DNA of 64,000 bases from Gammaproteobacteria bacterium (GTDB taxonomy: Bacteria > Pseudomonadota > Gammaproteobacteria > Steroidobacterales > PWYM01). The stretch lies in NCBI GenBank assembly GCA_003567475.1, contig PWZL01000026.1:7886-71885 (forward strand), read 5' to 3'. Made by a program: the position numbers and the translations under genes. This document shows, piece after piece, positions 25,073 to 35,321 of this stretch. Position 1 is the stretch's first letter. The number at the start of each line of letters is the position of its first letter. The notes under the pieces were generated by a model that worked only from the letters and a program-made list of their open reading frames with translations, did no database searches and was not told the DNA's origin.

Positions 25073-26515
25073 GTGTCTGCACAGCCGCTGACCATTGCCA
25101 CCGCGCGCCTGCTGGCGCCGGGCAGTCTTGATCTGGACCGGCTCCAGGGGGCGCTCGGTCAGCTCATGGCCCGCCGTCTGGACTACGCCGAATTCTATTT
25201 CCAGAGCGCACGGCACGAGTCGTGGAGCCTCGAGGACGGGATCGTCAAGGAGGGTAGCCACAGCATCGACCAGGGCGTGGGCGTGCGTGCCGTGACCGGT
25301 GAGCGCACCGGCTTCGCCTATTCCGACGTGATCACCGGGGAGGCCCTGCGGGCGGCCGCGAATGCTGCCGGGGCCATTGCGCGCAGTGGCGGCGAGGGCC
25401 GTGTCCAGGCCTGGCGCCGGGGCGATCAGCAGGCGCTATACGCCGAGGCTGATCCGCTGACCAGTCTGCCCGACGCCGACAAGATCGCGTGTCTGCTCCA
25501 GATCGACCAGGCCACCCGCGGGATGGATCCGCGTGTACGCCAGGTGATGGCCAGTCTGGCGGCCGTGCACGAGGTGATTCTGGTGGTGGCCAGTGATGGA
25601 ACACTCGCCGCCGACGTCCGACCGCTGGTGCGCTTGAACGTCTCGGTGATCGTCGAGCAGGGTGGGCGTCGCGAGCAGGCCTCGAGCGGCGGGGGCGGGC
25701 GTTTCGACCTGGCCGAGTTGATCGGCGGCGAGCGGCCGCTGAGCTTCGCGCGCGAAGCGGTCCGGCAGGCCACCCTCAATCTGGAAGCCGTGCCCGCACC
25801 GGCCGGCACCATGCCTGTGGTGCTCGGTAATGGCTGGCCTGGCGTGTTGCTGCATGAGGCGATTGGCCATGGTCTCGAAGGCGACTTCAACCGCAAGGGC
25901 ACTTCCGCCTTCAGTGGCCGGGTGGGTCAGCGGGTGGCAGCGGCCGGCTGCACCGTGGTCGACGACGGGACGCTGCCGCAGCGGCGTGGATCGCTGTCCG
26001 TCGACGACGAGGGCACGCCGTCCAGCTGCACCGTGCTGATTGAGGACGGCCACCTGGCCGGCTACATGCAGGACAAACTGAATGCGCGGCTCATGGGTGA
26101 GCGTTGCACGGGTAACGGTCGTCGCGAGTCCTTTGCGCACCTGCCCATGCCGCGCATGACCAATACCTATATGTTGCCGGGTCACCGTGAGCCGGAAGAG
26201 ATCATCGCCTCGGTTCAGCGCGGGCTGTACGCCTGTAACTTCGGTGGCGGCCAGGTGGACATCACCTCCGGGAAGTTCGTGTTCTCGGCCAACGAAGCCT
26301 ATCTGATCGAGAACGGACGTCTTGGGGCGCCGGTGAAGGGGGCGACACTGATCGGGAACGGGCCCGACGTACTGACGCGGGTGAGCATGGTGGGCAACGA
26401 TCTCGCGCTCGATCAGGGCATCGGGGTCTGCGGCAAGGAAGGGCAGTCCGTCCCGGTAGGCGTCGGACAGCCCACCCTGCGGATCGATGCGCTCACGGTC
26501 GGCGGCACCGCCTGA
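25073..26515 (+). CDS. tldD: Metalloprotease TldD
   Basis: DYAEFYFQ..., [18 protein letters not shown] (HExxxH), and [13 protein letters not shown] near the C-terminus. Confidence 0.92.
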   Translation: MSAQPLTIATARLLAPGSLDLDRLQGALGQLMARRLDYAEFYFQSARHESWSLEDGIVKEGSHSIDQGVGVRAVTGERTGFAYSDVITGEALRAAANAAGAIARSGGEGRVQAWRRGDQQALYAEADPLTSLPDADKIACLLQIDQATRGMDPRVRQVMASLAAVHEVILVVASDGTLAADVRPLVRLNVSVIVEQGGRREQASSGGGGRFDLAELIGGERPLSFAREAVRQATLNLEAVPAPAGTMPVVLGNGWPGVLLHEAIGHGLEGDFNRKGTSAFSGRVGQRVAAAGCTVVDDGTLPQRRGSLSVDDEGTPSSCTVLIEDGHLAGYMQDKLNARLMGERCTGNGRRESFAHLPMPRMTNTYMLPGHREPEEIIASVQRGLYACNFGGGQVDITSGKFVFSANEAYLIENGRLGAPVKGATLIGNGPDVLTRVSMVGNDLALDQGIGVCGKEGQSVPVGVGQPTLRIDALTVGGTA

Positions 26516-26561
26516 GCGGCCGCTGAGGTCGCGCCGCGCGCGGCTGTGCTAGATTGCGCCC

Positions 26562-26792
26562 ATGTGGCTCTCCAAACCGGTCTACGAGGCGCTGCCGTTC
26601 TATTACCTGCTGGCCGGCGCTGCGCTGCTGGGCGCTTCGGTCTACCTTGACGAGGGGGTCTGGCAGGTCGCCTGCATCGTCTCAGGGCTGGCCGGCCTGC
26701 TGGCTGGGCTCGTGGTGTGGCTGAAACGCCGGGACTACCGACGCCGGCATGCACGGGGCCCGGGCGGACCACTGGACGACGAGCTCCGTTAG
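26562..26792 (+). CDS. Small two-helix membrane protein (hypothetical)
   Basis: 76 aa with two hydrophobic helices (LPFYYLLAGAALLGASVYL; VACIVSGLAGLLAGLVVWL) and a basic tail. The GC3 pattern is consistent with coding. Confidence 0.45.
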   Translation: MWLSKPVYEALPFYYLLAGAALLGASVYLDEGVWQVACIVSGLAGLLAGLVVWLKRRDYRRRHARGPGGPLDDELR

Positions 26793-28084
26793 TCGCCACT
26801 GCCTTCGGCGGTGCGCGGCAACGACGTGTCGTCTTCCGGATCAACCTCGAGTTCATGCTCGGCGAGCAGATCCTCGTCCTCGTCCGCAGGATCTGCCGAG
26901 TCGCTGTCGCGCAGATCTTCGTAGACGAGCGTGTGTTCGCCGATCTGGATCCTGTCGCCGTGGCGCAGCCGTCGCCGCTTGAGGCGGTTGCCTTCGAGGT
27001 ACACGCCATTGGTGCTGTTGAGGTCCTCGAGGACACTTTCACCGTCACGGGTCAGAATCTGGGCATGGTGACGGCTGACGAAGCGGCTCTGCAGTTGCAG
27101 TTCGTTGTCTGGTGTCCGGCCGATGATGATGCGACCGTCCTGCAGTTCGCGTGTGGCGACCTGCCGGTCCTGGTGGAGGATGCGCAGCCGCGACAGGGCG
27201 AAGCTGCCCGTGTCGTCGCGGCCGTCATCGACCGCACTGAGCGCCGGACGCTTGCGGGCGCTGACCAGGGGTGGATGTTCGTGCCACTGAAGCTCTGTCA
27301 GCGCCGCCTCGATCTCTGCCGTGTCCACCGCGTCGCGATCGTCAGCAAAGGCGCAGAGCATGGCGGTATCGCAGAGGGTATTCACCAGGCGTGGGGTCCC
27401 GCGGGTCTGCCGGTAGATCAGGGGGAAGGTGTCCTCGGTGAACAGTTCCCGCTCGGCCGCTCCGGCCACAGCCAGACGATGGCGGATGTACTCGCGGGTC
27501 TCTTCACGGTTCAGCGGGCCGAGATGGAAGCGCAGCCGCACGCGTTGCGCCAGCTGTTCCAGATTGGGTGAATCGAGTTTGTCCTTGAGTTCAGGCTGGC
27601 CTGCCAGGATGATCCTGAGCACTTTTTCTTTCTGTGTTTCCACCCCGGAGAGCAGACGCAATTCCTCCAGCACCTTGGGGCTCAGGTTCTGCGCCTCGTC
27701 GATAATCAGCAACACCTTCTTGCCTGAGGCGTAGAGTTCGATCAGGTGGGTGTTCAGGGTGTCGAGCAGTTCGGCCTTCTGCATCTGGAACGGCCGGAAA
27801 CCGAACTCGACGAGAATGGCCTGGAGGAACTCCACCGGCGAAACCTGGGTCTGGGCGACGTGCGCCAGGGCGACGTCTTCGGGCAGGTCCGAAATGAACG
27901 ACTGGATGAGGGTGGTCTTGCCCGAACCGATCTCACCGGTGATGACCACGAAGCCGTCGGTCAGCCACATGATCGAGTCCATGTACGCCCGTGCCCGGGC
28001 GTGCTGGCGGCTGGCATACAGGAACTGCGGGTCCGGGCTCAGCCGGAACGGCGGTTCGTTCAGCTTGAAATGCTCGCCGTACAT
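26789..28084 (-). CDS. ExeA/GspA/MshM-type AAA+ ATPase fused to a C-terminal FHA domain
   Basis: An internal ATG (28084) gives MYGEHFKLNEPPFRLSPDPQFLYASRQHARA, a typical ExeA/MshM N-terminus. Walker A is GEIGSGKTT and Walker B is LLIIDEAQ. The FHA signature is IIIGRTPDNELQL..SRHHAQI..DLNSTNGVYLEG, followed by an acidic tail. There is no TM segment. Confidence 0.8.
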   Translation of the reverse strand: MYGEHFKLNEPPFRLSPDPQFLYASRQHARARAYMDSIMWLTDGFVVITGEIGSGKTTLIQSFISDLPEDVALAHVAQTQVSPVEFLQAILVEFGFRPFQMQKAELLDTLNTHLIELYASGKKVLLIIDEAQNLSPKVLEELRLLSGVETQKEKVLRIILAGQPELKDKLDSPNLEQLAQRVRLRFHLGPLNREETREYIRHRLAVAGAAERELFTEDTFPLIYRQTRGTPRLVNTLCDTAMLCAFADDRDAVDTAEIEAALTELQWHEHPPLVSARKRPALSAVDDGRDDTGSFALSRLRILHQDRQVATRELQDGRIIIGRTPDNELQLQSRFVSRHHAQILTRDGESVLEDLNSTNGVYLEGNRLKRRRLRHGDRIQIGEHTLVYEDLRDSDSADPADEDEDLLAEHELEVDPEDDTSLPRTAEGSGD

Positions 28085-28166
28085 GTCCACACCGGTTGCT
28101 GCCAATGCCTTCGAGAGTAAACCATCCCCCGGCCGGTTTCGAGTGACCGCATCGCGACTGCCGGGC

Positions 28167-29258
28167 TCAGTCCTCCCGTTCGGCCAGGGCGCGGAGGCGT
28201 TCCAGGCGCGCTGGCAAGGCCGCTCGCTCGGCACAGACCACCGTGGCATGGCCTATCTTGCGGCGGGGCCGCGGGTGTTTCCCATAGTCATGAAAATGAC
28301 AGCCCTCGATCGCGAGCACCGCGGCACGCTCCGGCAGGCGCCCGAGGAAGTTGACCATGGCGGCATACCCACGCGCCGAGGTGTCGCCCAAGGGCAGATC
28401 GAGAATACCACGCAGGTGATTTTCGAACTGTGAGGTGACGGCGCCCTCAAGGGTCCAGTGCCCGGAGTTGTGCACTCGTGGGGCCATCTCGTTGGCCAGC
28501 AGCCGCCCATCGACGACGAAGAACTCCACCGTCAGCACGCCCGCGTAATCGAAGTGCTCGAGCAGACGATCAAGGCAGCGCTCCGCCTCCCGCTGCAGGG
28601 CCGGCCGCTCCACCGGCGCGAGGCTGTAATCGAGGATACCCTGCCAGTGCACGTTGCGCGTCAGCGGATAGTGGCGCCTTTCGCCGCGGCGGTTGCGCAC
28701 ACCGATCAGCGAGACTTCCTCGTCGAACGGTGCGAAGGCCTCCAGGATCATCGCACCGCGGCCGAGGGCTTCCCAGGCGCCGCGGAGCTCGTCGCGCTGG
28801 CGAATGAAGCGCTGGCCGCGTCCATCGTAGCCCAGCCGGCGAGTCTTCAGCACTGCCGGCAGGCCGAGCGCCTCGGCCGCTGCCAACAGCTGCTCCAGCG
28901 ACTCTACCGCTCGCCAGGCCACGGTCTCGATTCCCAGCGCGTTGAACAGGGTTTTCTCGAGCAATCGATCCTGCGCCGTCGCCAGGGCATCGAGCGGCGG
29001 CAACAGCAGGGTGGTCGCTGCGACCCTGGCGGCAGCCTCCCGCGGCAGGTTCTCGACATCGAAAGTCACGATTTCGCAGCGCTCGGCGAGGGTCGCCAGC
29101 AGTGCTGGATCGTCGATGTCGCCGAGTAGCGAGGGGGCCACCTGGGCGCCCGGGCTGTGGTCGTCGCGATCCAGGAACAGGATGTGCTCGCCCAGCGGTA
29201 TGCCGGCCAGGGCCATCATCCGGCCGAGTTGGCCAGCGCCGACGATGCCGACGGTCAT
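28167..29258 (-). CDS. purK: N5-carboxyaminoimidazole ribonucleotide synthase
   Basis: [16 protein letters not shown]..., ATP-grasp region, [14 protein letters not shown]. Confidence 0.92.
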   Translation of the reverse strand: MTVGIVGAGQLGRMMALAGIPLGEHILFLDRDDHSPGAQVAPSLLGDIDDPALLATLAERCEIVTFDVENLPREAAARVAATTLLLPPLDALATAQDRLLEKTLFNALGIETVAWRAVESLEQLLAAAEALGLPAVLKTRRLGYDGRGQRFIRQRDELRGAWEALGRGAMILEAFAPFDEEVSLIGVRNRRGERRHYPLTRNVHWQGILDYSLAPVERPALQREAERCLDRLLEHFDYAGVLTVEFFVVDGRLLANEMAPRVHNSGHWTLEGAVTSQFENHLRGILDLPLGDTSARGYAAMVNFLGRLPERAAVLAIEGCHFHDYGKHPRPRRKIGHATVVCAERAALPARLERLRALAERED

Positions 29259-29746
29259 GTCCGCGCAGGATCCGGCCGCGCCAGCACCGCGTCGGTCTGC
29301 GCCTGCCGGTAGGCCTCCAGCGCCTCGCTCAGTCGCGCGTCCGAGAGTGCCAGAATCGCCGCCGCGAGCAGGGCGGCGTTGGTGGCGCCCGCCGCGCCGA
29401 TCGCGAGCGTCCCCACCGGTACACCTGCAGGCATCTGCGCGATCGACAGCAGGGAGTCGATGCCGTTGAGTGCGCGGGACTTCACCGGCACGCCGAGCAC
29501 AGGCAGCGAGGTCTTCGCCGCGGCCATGCCAGGCAGGTGCGCCGCCCCGCCCGCGCCGGCAATGATGACCTGCAGGCCGCGCGCGCGGGCCTGCTCGCAG
29601 TATTCGAACAGCAAATCCGGCGTGCGGTGCGCCGATACCACGCGCGTTTCGTGGGCGATGCCGAGACGCTCGAGCGTCTCGCTGGCGTTGCGCATCGTCT
29701 CCCAGTCGGAGACCGAACCCATGATGATGCCGATCCGGGGTGTCAT
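29255..29746 (-). CDS. purE: N5-CAIR mutase
   Basis: [14 protein letters not shown]..., [17 protein letters not shown]. It overlaps the purK start by 4 nt. Confidence 0.93.
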   Translation of the reverse strand: MTPRIGIIMGSVSDWETMRNASETLERLGIAHETRVVSAHRTPDLLFEYCEQARARGLQVIIAGAGGAAHLPGMAAAKTSLPVLGVPVKSRALNGIDSLLSIAQMPAGVPVGTLAIGAAGATNAALLAAAILALSDARLSEALEAYRQAQTDAVLARPDPART

Positions 29747-29779
29747 CGCAGCAGTTTACCAGCCCACCAGGGCCCGTGC

Positions 29780-30301
29780 TCAGCCGTCGGCCGCGAGCAG
29801 GCGTCGGAGTTCCCGGAACAGCTGGCGTCGTGCATGGCTGGCCCGGGCCGCATCCGCGCGCGCGGCGGCCCGCAGCAGCTGCCGCAGGGCTTGTGGCTCG
29901 GTCTTGGGGTGCTCGGTGATAAACTCGCCGAGCGCCGGGTCGCCTTCCTCGAGCAGCCGATCGCGCCAGCGTTCGGCCTGGTGATCGAGTGCGACGATGG
30001 CGCGGTGAGCCTGCTCCCGGGCCGCCAGGGCCGCGCGTATTGGTTCGACATCAATGCGGCGCATGAGCTTGCCAATCAGCTGTCGCTGGCGACGCAGGCC
30101 GCCATGGGCATGGATGCGGCGGGCGAGTGCGATGGCCTCGCGCAGCTCCTCGGGCAGCGGCAGCTCCGCGAGCTCACCCGGCGGCAGGCTCAGCAGGGAC
30201 TCGCCCAGTGTCTGCAACGCCTCGGCCTCGCGCTTGGCGGCAGACTTGCTTGGCCGTTCCGCCGATCCCGGCGCTGCCTGTGAGGTGTCCTTGTCGCTCA
30301 T
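29780..30301 (-). CDS. yjgA: YjgA/DarP (DUF615) ribosome-associated protein
   Basis: KSAAKREAEALQTLGESLLSL..., RRQRQLIGKLMRRID. It belongs to the yjgA/pmbA neighbourhood, interrupted here by one gene. Confidence 0.8.
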   Translation of the reverse strand: MSDKDTSQAAPGSAERPSKSAAKREAEALQTLGESLLSLPPGELAELPLPEELREAIALARRIHAHGGLRRQRQLIGKLMRRIDVEPIRAALAAREQAHRAIVALDHQAERWRDRLLEEGDPALGEFITEHPKTEPQALRQLLRAAARADAARASHARRQLFRELRRLLAADG

Positions 30302-31536
30302 CGCGCTGCCGTCAGCGTGTCGCGGAGGACGGCAAGCAGATGTGCCACCTCGGCGGCCGTCTGGCGATGGGTGAGGCTGATGCGCAGGGCACCGGCCTGT
30401 GGGTCGACCCCGCAGGCGACCAGCGTGCGCGGGGCATAGAAGTGGCCGTGGCGGATGTTGATTCGGGCGTGGCCCAGCGCCGCAACCACCTCGGCTGGTG
30501 GCAGATCCTCGACGGTGAAGCTGACGATCGGCAGGCGCTGCGGTCCCGGTGTCCTGTCCCCCAATATGCGCACCCCGGGCAGGTGGGCCAGCCCCTCCAG
30601 CAGTTGCCGGGTCAGCAGGCGTTCCGCCTGAACCACCCGCTTGAAGCCATCCATCAGGCAGCCGTCCCCCAAGCTGCGGAAATACGCCGGCAGGCTGCGG
30701 CAGGCATGGACCAGTTCGCCAGCCACACCGCCGGGTTCGAAGCGCGCGGGCAGGGCGTCCTGCGTATGAAATTCATGGCTGGTGTTGGGCAAGCCTGCAA
30801 GCAGACCCTCGCGGGCGTAGAGCGCCGCGCAATGGGGGCCGAAGACCTTGTAGGCGCTCCACGCGTAAAAGTCGACTTCCCAGTCGTAGACGGCCATGGC
30901 CGCATGCGGCGCGTAAGCCACCCCGTCGACGCAGACCAGCGCGCCTGCCGCGTGCGCCAGGCGCGTGATGTCCGCGATGGGCAGCACGCTGCCGGTGACA
31001 TTGCTCGCATGAGTGATGCAGAGCAGGCGCACCGGCTGCTCGAGCATCGCCGCGAGCACATCCAGCTGCGGGACACCGGTGGCCGGGTCGAGGGGCCAGG
31101 TCTCCACGCGAACGCCATGCTGGGCCAGGCGCAGCCAGGGGGTCAGGTTGGCGACATGCTCGGCACCGCTGACGATGATTCGTTCGCCAGCCTGAAATGT
31201 CGGCGCCAGTGCCTGGGCCAGCACTTCCATCAACTGGGTGGTGGAAGTGCCGAGGACAAGTTCGCTGGCCTGGGGGCGGCGGCGGCCATCTGCCTGGCAT
31301 AGTGTCGCCAGTGCCTGACGGCCCTCTTCCACGGCCTCGGCCGCGGCCGAGGCCAGGCTATTGTGTCGGCCTGCCAGCAGTGGCCAGCGCTCCAGATAGT
31401 CACTCAGATCCGCGACCACACTGCGCAGTGGCGGCGTGCCGCCTGCGTTATCCATCAGCAGCCAGTCGCACGCCACGACTGGCGGCAGTGGCGAGGCGTC
31501 GGTGTGGGGCGGATGGGCGGTGCTGGCCATCGACAT
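30298..31536 (-). CDS. Class-V aminotransferase fold, cysteine desulfurase-like PLP enzyme
   Basis: ITHASNVTG, VCVDGVAYAPH, and the PLP-lysine context WSAYKVFGPH. I chose the internal ATG (31536 or 31530) because the track start at 31641 would overlap the divergent pmbA start. Its stop overlaps the yjgA ATG. Confidence 0.8.
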   Translation of the reverse strand: MSMASTAHPPHTDASPLPPVVACDWLLMDNAGGTPPLRSVVADLSDYLERWPLLAGRHNSLASAAAEAVEEGRQALATLCQADGRRRPQASELVLGTSTTQLMEVLAQALAPTFQAGERIIVSGAEHVANLTPWLRLAQHGVRVETWPLDPATGVPQLDVLAAMLEQPVRLLCITHASNVTGSVLPIADITRLAHAAGALVCVDGVAYAPHAAMAVYDWEVDFYAWSAYKVFGPHCAALYAREGLLAGLPNTSHEFHTQDALPARFEPGGVAGELVHACRSLPAYFRSLGDGCLMDGFKRVVQAERLLTRQLLEGLAHLPGVRILGDRTPGPQRLPIVSFTVEDLPPAEVVAALGHARINIRHGHFYAPRTLVACGVDPQAGALRISLTHRQTAAEVAHLLAVLRDTLTAAR

Positions 31537-31633
31537 CCAGGCGTTGGTGACAGATTCCCGTGGAGGGCGGAGGATAGCATCCGCCGGCTCCGGACCGGCG
31601 GCGTAGAATAGCGACTTTTTGCGCGGGGATACC

Positions 31634-32965
31634 ATGGACACGGAAGCGCGGTTGGCGGAACTCTCGGCAGTGGCGGAGCAGGCCGTGGCACACGCCCGCG
31701 CGCTCGGCGCGGACCAGGCCGAGGCGGGTGCGAGCCTGGAGCAGGGCCTTTCGGTGACAGTGCGTCTCGGGGAGATCGAGACCCTTGAGCATCAGCAGGA
31801 CCGTGGTCTCGGCGTGACGGTGTACTGCGGCGGACGCAAAGGCAGCGCGTCCACGGCGGATCTGTCGTCCTCTGCCGTCCAGGAGACGGTGGCCAAGGCC
31901 TGCTCGATCGCGCGGCTGACCGCGGTGGACGAGTGTGCAGGGCTGGCCGATGCCGCGTTGATGGCCACTGCGTTCCCCGATCTCGGCCTCTTTCATCCTT
32001 GGGCGCTGACGCCCGAGGCGGCGGCAGAGATGGCGCTGGCCTGCGAGGCGGCGGCGCTCGGCACGGACCCGCGCCTGCGAAATTCCGAGGGTGCAACGGT
32101 CCACACGGGCGGTGGCGTGCGGGTGTATGCCAACAGCCATGGGTTCTGTGCCGGGATACCCAGCAGTTATCACACCCTCTCCTGTGTGGTGCTGGCCGGG
32201 GAAGACCAGGCCATGGAGCGCGATTACTGGTATTCGGCGGATCGTGACTGGCGCCGGCTGGCCAGCGCCGAGGAGGTGGGGCAGGAGGCCGGGCGGCGCG
32301 CCGTGCGGCGTTTGGGCGCGCGCCGGGTCGACACCTGTGAGGTGCCAGTGCTGTTCGCTCCTGAGGTGGCCCGAGGCGTATTCGGCCACCTCGTGGCGGG
32401 GCTGCGAGGGACGGCTCAGTATCGCCAGGCGTCGTTTCTGCTCGATGCGGTGGGCCAGCGGGTGTTTCCGGACTGGCTGCGGATCGAGGAACAGCCGCAT
32501 CTGCCGGGCGCCCTGGGCAGCGCTGCCTGGGATAACGAGGGCGTGGCCACCCGCTCGCGTGCCCTGGTCGACGGTGGCGAGATCCAGGGCTACCTCCTCT
32601 CCAGCTATTCCGCCCGCAAGCTCGGGTTGCAGACCACGGCGAACGCCGGTGGCGTGCACAACCTGCTCGTCGAGCCCTCCGGGGGGGACCAGCCTGCGCT
32701 GCTCGAGCAGATGTCGCGTGGCCTGTTGGTCACGGAACTGATGGGTCAGGGGGTGAACATCGTCACCGGCGATTATTCGCGGGGTGCGGCGGGATTCTGG
32801 GTGGAGGACGGCGAGCTGGCCTGGCCCGTGAGCGAGATCACCATCGCCGGGACCCTGCCCGAGATGTTTGCCGGGGTTTTGGCGACGGGCAGTGACGTCG
32901 ACGCGCGTGGCGTCATCCGCTGTGGCAGTCTGTTGCTCGAGCGCATGACCGTGGCCGGTCACTGA
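31634..32965 (+). CDS. pmbA: Metalloprotease PmbA (TldE)
   Basis: MDTEARLAELSAVAEQAV..., GLGVTVYCGGRKGSASTADLS, and ITIAGTL near the C-terminus. Confidence 0.9.
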   Translation: MDTEARLAELSAVAEQAVAHARALGADQAEAGASLEQGLSVTVRLGEIETLEHQQDRGLGVTVYCGGRKGSASTADLSSSAVQETVAKACSIARLTAVDECAGLADAALMATAFPDLGLFHPWALTPEAAAEMALACEAAALGTDPRLRNSEGATVHTGGGVRVYANSHGFCAGIPSSYHTLSCVVLAGEDQAMERDYWYSADRDWRRLASAEEVGQEAGRRAVRRLGARRVDTCEVPVLFAPEVARGVFGHLVAGLRGTAQYRQASFLLDAVGQRVFPDWLRIEEQPHLPGALGSAAWDNEGVATRSRALVDGGEIQGYLLSSYSARKLGLQTTANAGGVHNLLVEPSGGDQPALLEQMSRGLLVTELMGQGVNIVTGDYSRGAAGFWVEDGELAWPVSEITIAGTLPEMFAGVLATGSDVDARGVIRCGSLLLERMTVAGH

Positions 32966-32995
32966 GCCCACGGTAGCGCTGACGCCAGGCGATGC

Positions 32996-34315
32996 TCAGT
33001 CGACGGTCGGGGTGTCGCCAACCAGTTCGGCGAGAGTGATGTCGCCGAAATGCTCGAGGAGGGCCTCGTCGGCTTCCTGCCAGAGCTCCAGTGCGCGTGC
33101 AGACCAGCGGTCGCGCAGGCGCGGCAGGACGCTGTCCTTCCCGCGAACCGCCCGCAATATCTCCACCAGACGGATGCTCTCCAGCGCGCGCGCCGGCATG
33201 AGCCGACCGTCCGCCGTCTCGACCAGCAGGCCGGCCCCGTGCAGCGCCCCCAGCACCGGCGCCAGGCTTTCCTGAGGAAGCCCGAAGCGTGTCGCCAGGG
33301 TGGTGGGGCGCCAGGTCTGCTCGGGGGCAAGGAAATCCCGGCCCACGAGGAGCATGACGGCGAGACCGGCGTGCTCCCGGGAGAGTGCGGAGAGATCGGG
33401 ATGGCGGCGGCCGTCGCGCAGGTGCTCAGGGTGTTGGACATAGTAGGCGAGCTGCGCACCGAGGAGCAGGATCAACCAGCTGACGTACAGCCAGATCAGC
33501 GCAAGGATGACGATCGCAAACGAGGAGTAGATTGCGGAGATGCGGGTCGACTGGGCCACGACGTCAGCAAAGATCGAGCTCGCGGTGACCCAGGTGACTG
33601 CCGCGAAGATACCGCCGGTCAGCGCGGGAAAAAATCTTACGCGGGTGTTCGGCAGCAGCACATTGAGGAACGTGAACACAGCGATCAGCAGTGCATAGGG
33701 CGTGATCCAGCCGAGGACCGCCAGGATCGATCCCAACGGCTCCACGGCCATCAGCCGCTGCAACACGGCGACGCTGGAGAGCGTGGCGACCAGGCCGAGG
33801 GCCAGCGCCATCATCAGCGGGCCCAGGAGCATGGCGGACAGGTAGCCGCTGATCTTGTGCACCAGGCTGCGCGCCGAGTCCACCTGCCAGATGTAGTTCA
33901 TGCTTTCCTCGACCTTCTGCACCATCGAGACGACGACGAAGACCAGGAAGACCAGGCCGACCCCGCCGAGCAGCGCACCCTGGAGATTATCGACAAAGCC
34001 GATCAGCTCGGCGGTGAGTTCCGCGCTCTGCTCCTCGCCGATGGGCGCGAGGAAGCTTTTCAGCAACGGCTCCAGTTGACGGTGGACGCCGACGCCCTTG
34101 AGCAGGGAAAAGCTGAACGCCAGCAGGGGAACCAGCGACAGCAGCGTGGTGTACACCAGACTCATGGCCCGGAGCGTGAGCTGGCCGGCAATGATGTCTC
34201 GACCGAGCGCCTGGGAGAAGCGGGCGACCATCACCAGCGCGCGCAAGGGCCGAGTCTGCGCCGCGTCGGGGCTCCAGATCAGTGTGCTCAGGCGACGGTG
34301 CAGGGTGGACAGCAT
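32996..34315 (-). CDS. YihY/BrkB family inner-membrane protein with a soluble C-terminal extension
   Basis: RAMSLVYTTLLSLVPLLAFSFSLL, IYSSFAIVILALIWLYVSWLILLLGAQLAY. About 144 non-hydrophobic residues follow the last helix. Confidence 0.8.
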   Translation of the reverse strand: MLSTLHRRLSTLIWSPDAAQTRPLRALVMVARFSQALGRDIIAGQLTLRAMSLVYTTLLSLVPLLAFSFSLLKGVGVHRQLEPLLKSFLAPIGEEQSAELTAELIGFVDNLQGALLGGVGLVFLVFVVVSMVQKVEESMNYIWQVDSARSLVHKISGYLSAMLLGPLMMALALGLVATLSSVAVLQRLMAVEPLGSILAVLGWITPYALLIAVFTFLNVLLPNTRVRFFPALTGGIFAAVTWVTASSIFADVVAQSTRISAIYSSFAIVILALIWLYVSWLILLLGAQLAYYVQHPEHLRDGRRHPDLSALSREHAGLAVMLLVGRDFLAPEQTWRPTTLATRFGLPQESLAPVLGALHGAGLLVETADGRLMPARALESIRLVEILRAVRGKDSVLPRLRDRWSARALELWQEADEALLEHFGDITLAELVGDTPTVD

Positions 34316-34321
34316 GCCGGA

Positions 34322-35236
34322 TCAGGTCTCGGCCCGGCCCGTGATCAGCTGCATCGCCTGGCGGTATTTCGCCGCCGTGGCTGTGACCACCGCCGTGGGC
34401 AGGCGTGGGCCGGGCGGGCGCTTGTTCCAGTCCAGGGTTTCGAGATGGTCGCGCACGTACTGCTTGTCGAAGCTTGGGGGCGAGAGGCCCGGCTGGTAAC
34501 TGTCACGCGGCCAGAAGCGCGATGAGTCGGGCGTCAGCGCTTCGTCGATCAGGACCAGTCCGTCGCGCGCATCCCAGGCGAATTCGAACTTGGTATCGGC
34601 GATCATCAGCCCGGCCTTGGCCACAGTGGCCACCGCGAACTCATACAGGGCGATGGCCGTTTCGCGGACGCGTGTGGCCTGCGTCCTGCCCACCAGGTCG
34701 GCCATGTGCGCGAAACTGATGTTTTCGTCGTGCTCACCCTGGGCGGCTTTTGTGGCGGGGGTGAACAGCGTCTCGGGAAGCCGACCTGCCAGCGGCAGTC
34801 CCGCCGGCAGGCGAATGCCGCAGACTGCGCCGTCCTGCTGGTACTCCTTCCAGCCCGAGCCGATCAGATAACCGCGGACGACGGCTTCCACGGGCATCGG
34901 TGCCAGCCGCCGCACGACGACGGCCCGTCCGGAAATCTGGCGGCGCTCTTCGGGGTCGGTGACATAGGCTTCAGGCCGCTCGCCGGTGAGGTGGTTGGGA
35001 ACAATGTGCTGCGTCCGCTCGAACCAGTAATTCGAAATCGCCGTGAGCATGCGCCCCTTGCCGGGAATCGGGTCAGGCAGAACGACGTCGAAGGCGGAAA
35101 GCCGGTCGCTGGCGACGATCAGCAAACGCGCCTCGTCGATGGCATAGAGATCGCGAACCTTGCCACGACCAATGAGCGGCAGGCTCTGGAGCTGGGATTC
35201 GAAGACGGCGTCGTCAGCCATGGCAGGTTTGTTCAT
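34322..35236 (-). CDS. purC: SAICAR synthetase (long form)
   Basis: An internal ATG gives [34 protein letters not shown]...[11 protein letters not shown]. Confidence 0.9.
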   Translation of the reverse strand: MNKPAMADDAVFESQLQSLPLIGRGKVRDLYAIDEARLLIVASDRLSAFDVVLPDPIPGKGRMLTAISNYWFERTQHIVPNHLTGERPEAYVTDPEERRQISGRAVVVRRLAPMPVEAVVRGYLIGSGWKEYQQDGAVCGIRLPAGLPLAGRLPETLFTPATKAAQGEHDENISFAHMADLVGRTQATRVRETAIALYEFAVATVAKAGLMIADTKFEFAWDARDGLVLIDEALTPDSSRFWPRDSYQPGLSPPSFDKQYVRDHLETLDWNKRPPGPRLPTAVVTATAAKYRQAMQLITGRAET

Positions 35237-35321
35237 CGTTGCCCTAAACACCGCATAATACATGCCAGCAGGGCAGCCCTCATCGGTGGATCGCGCAGGA
35301 CATGGACGGAGCACTTGGCGC

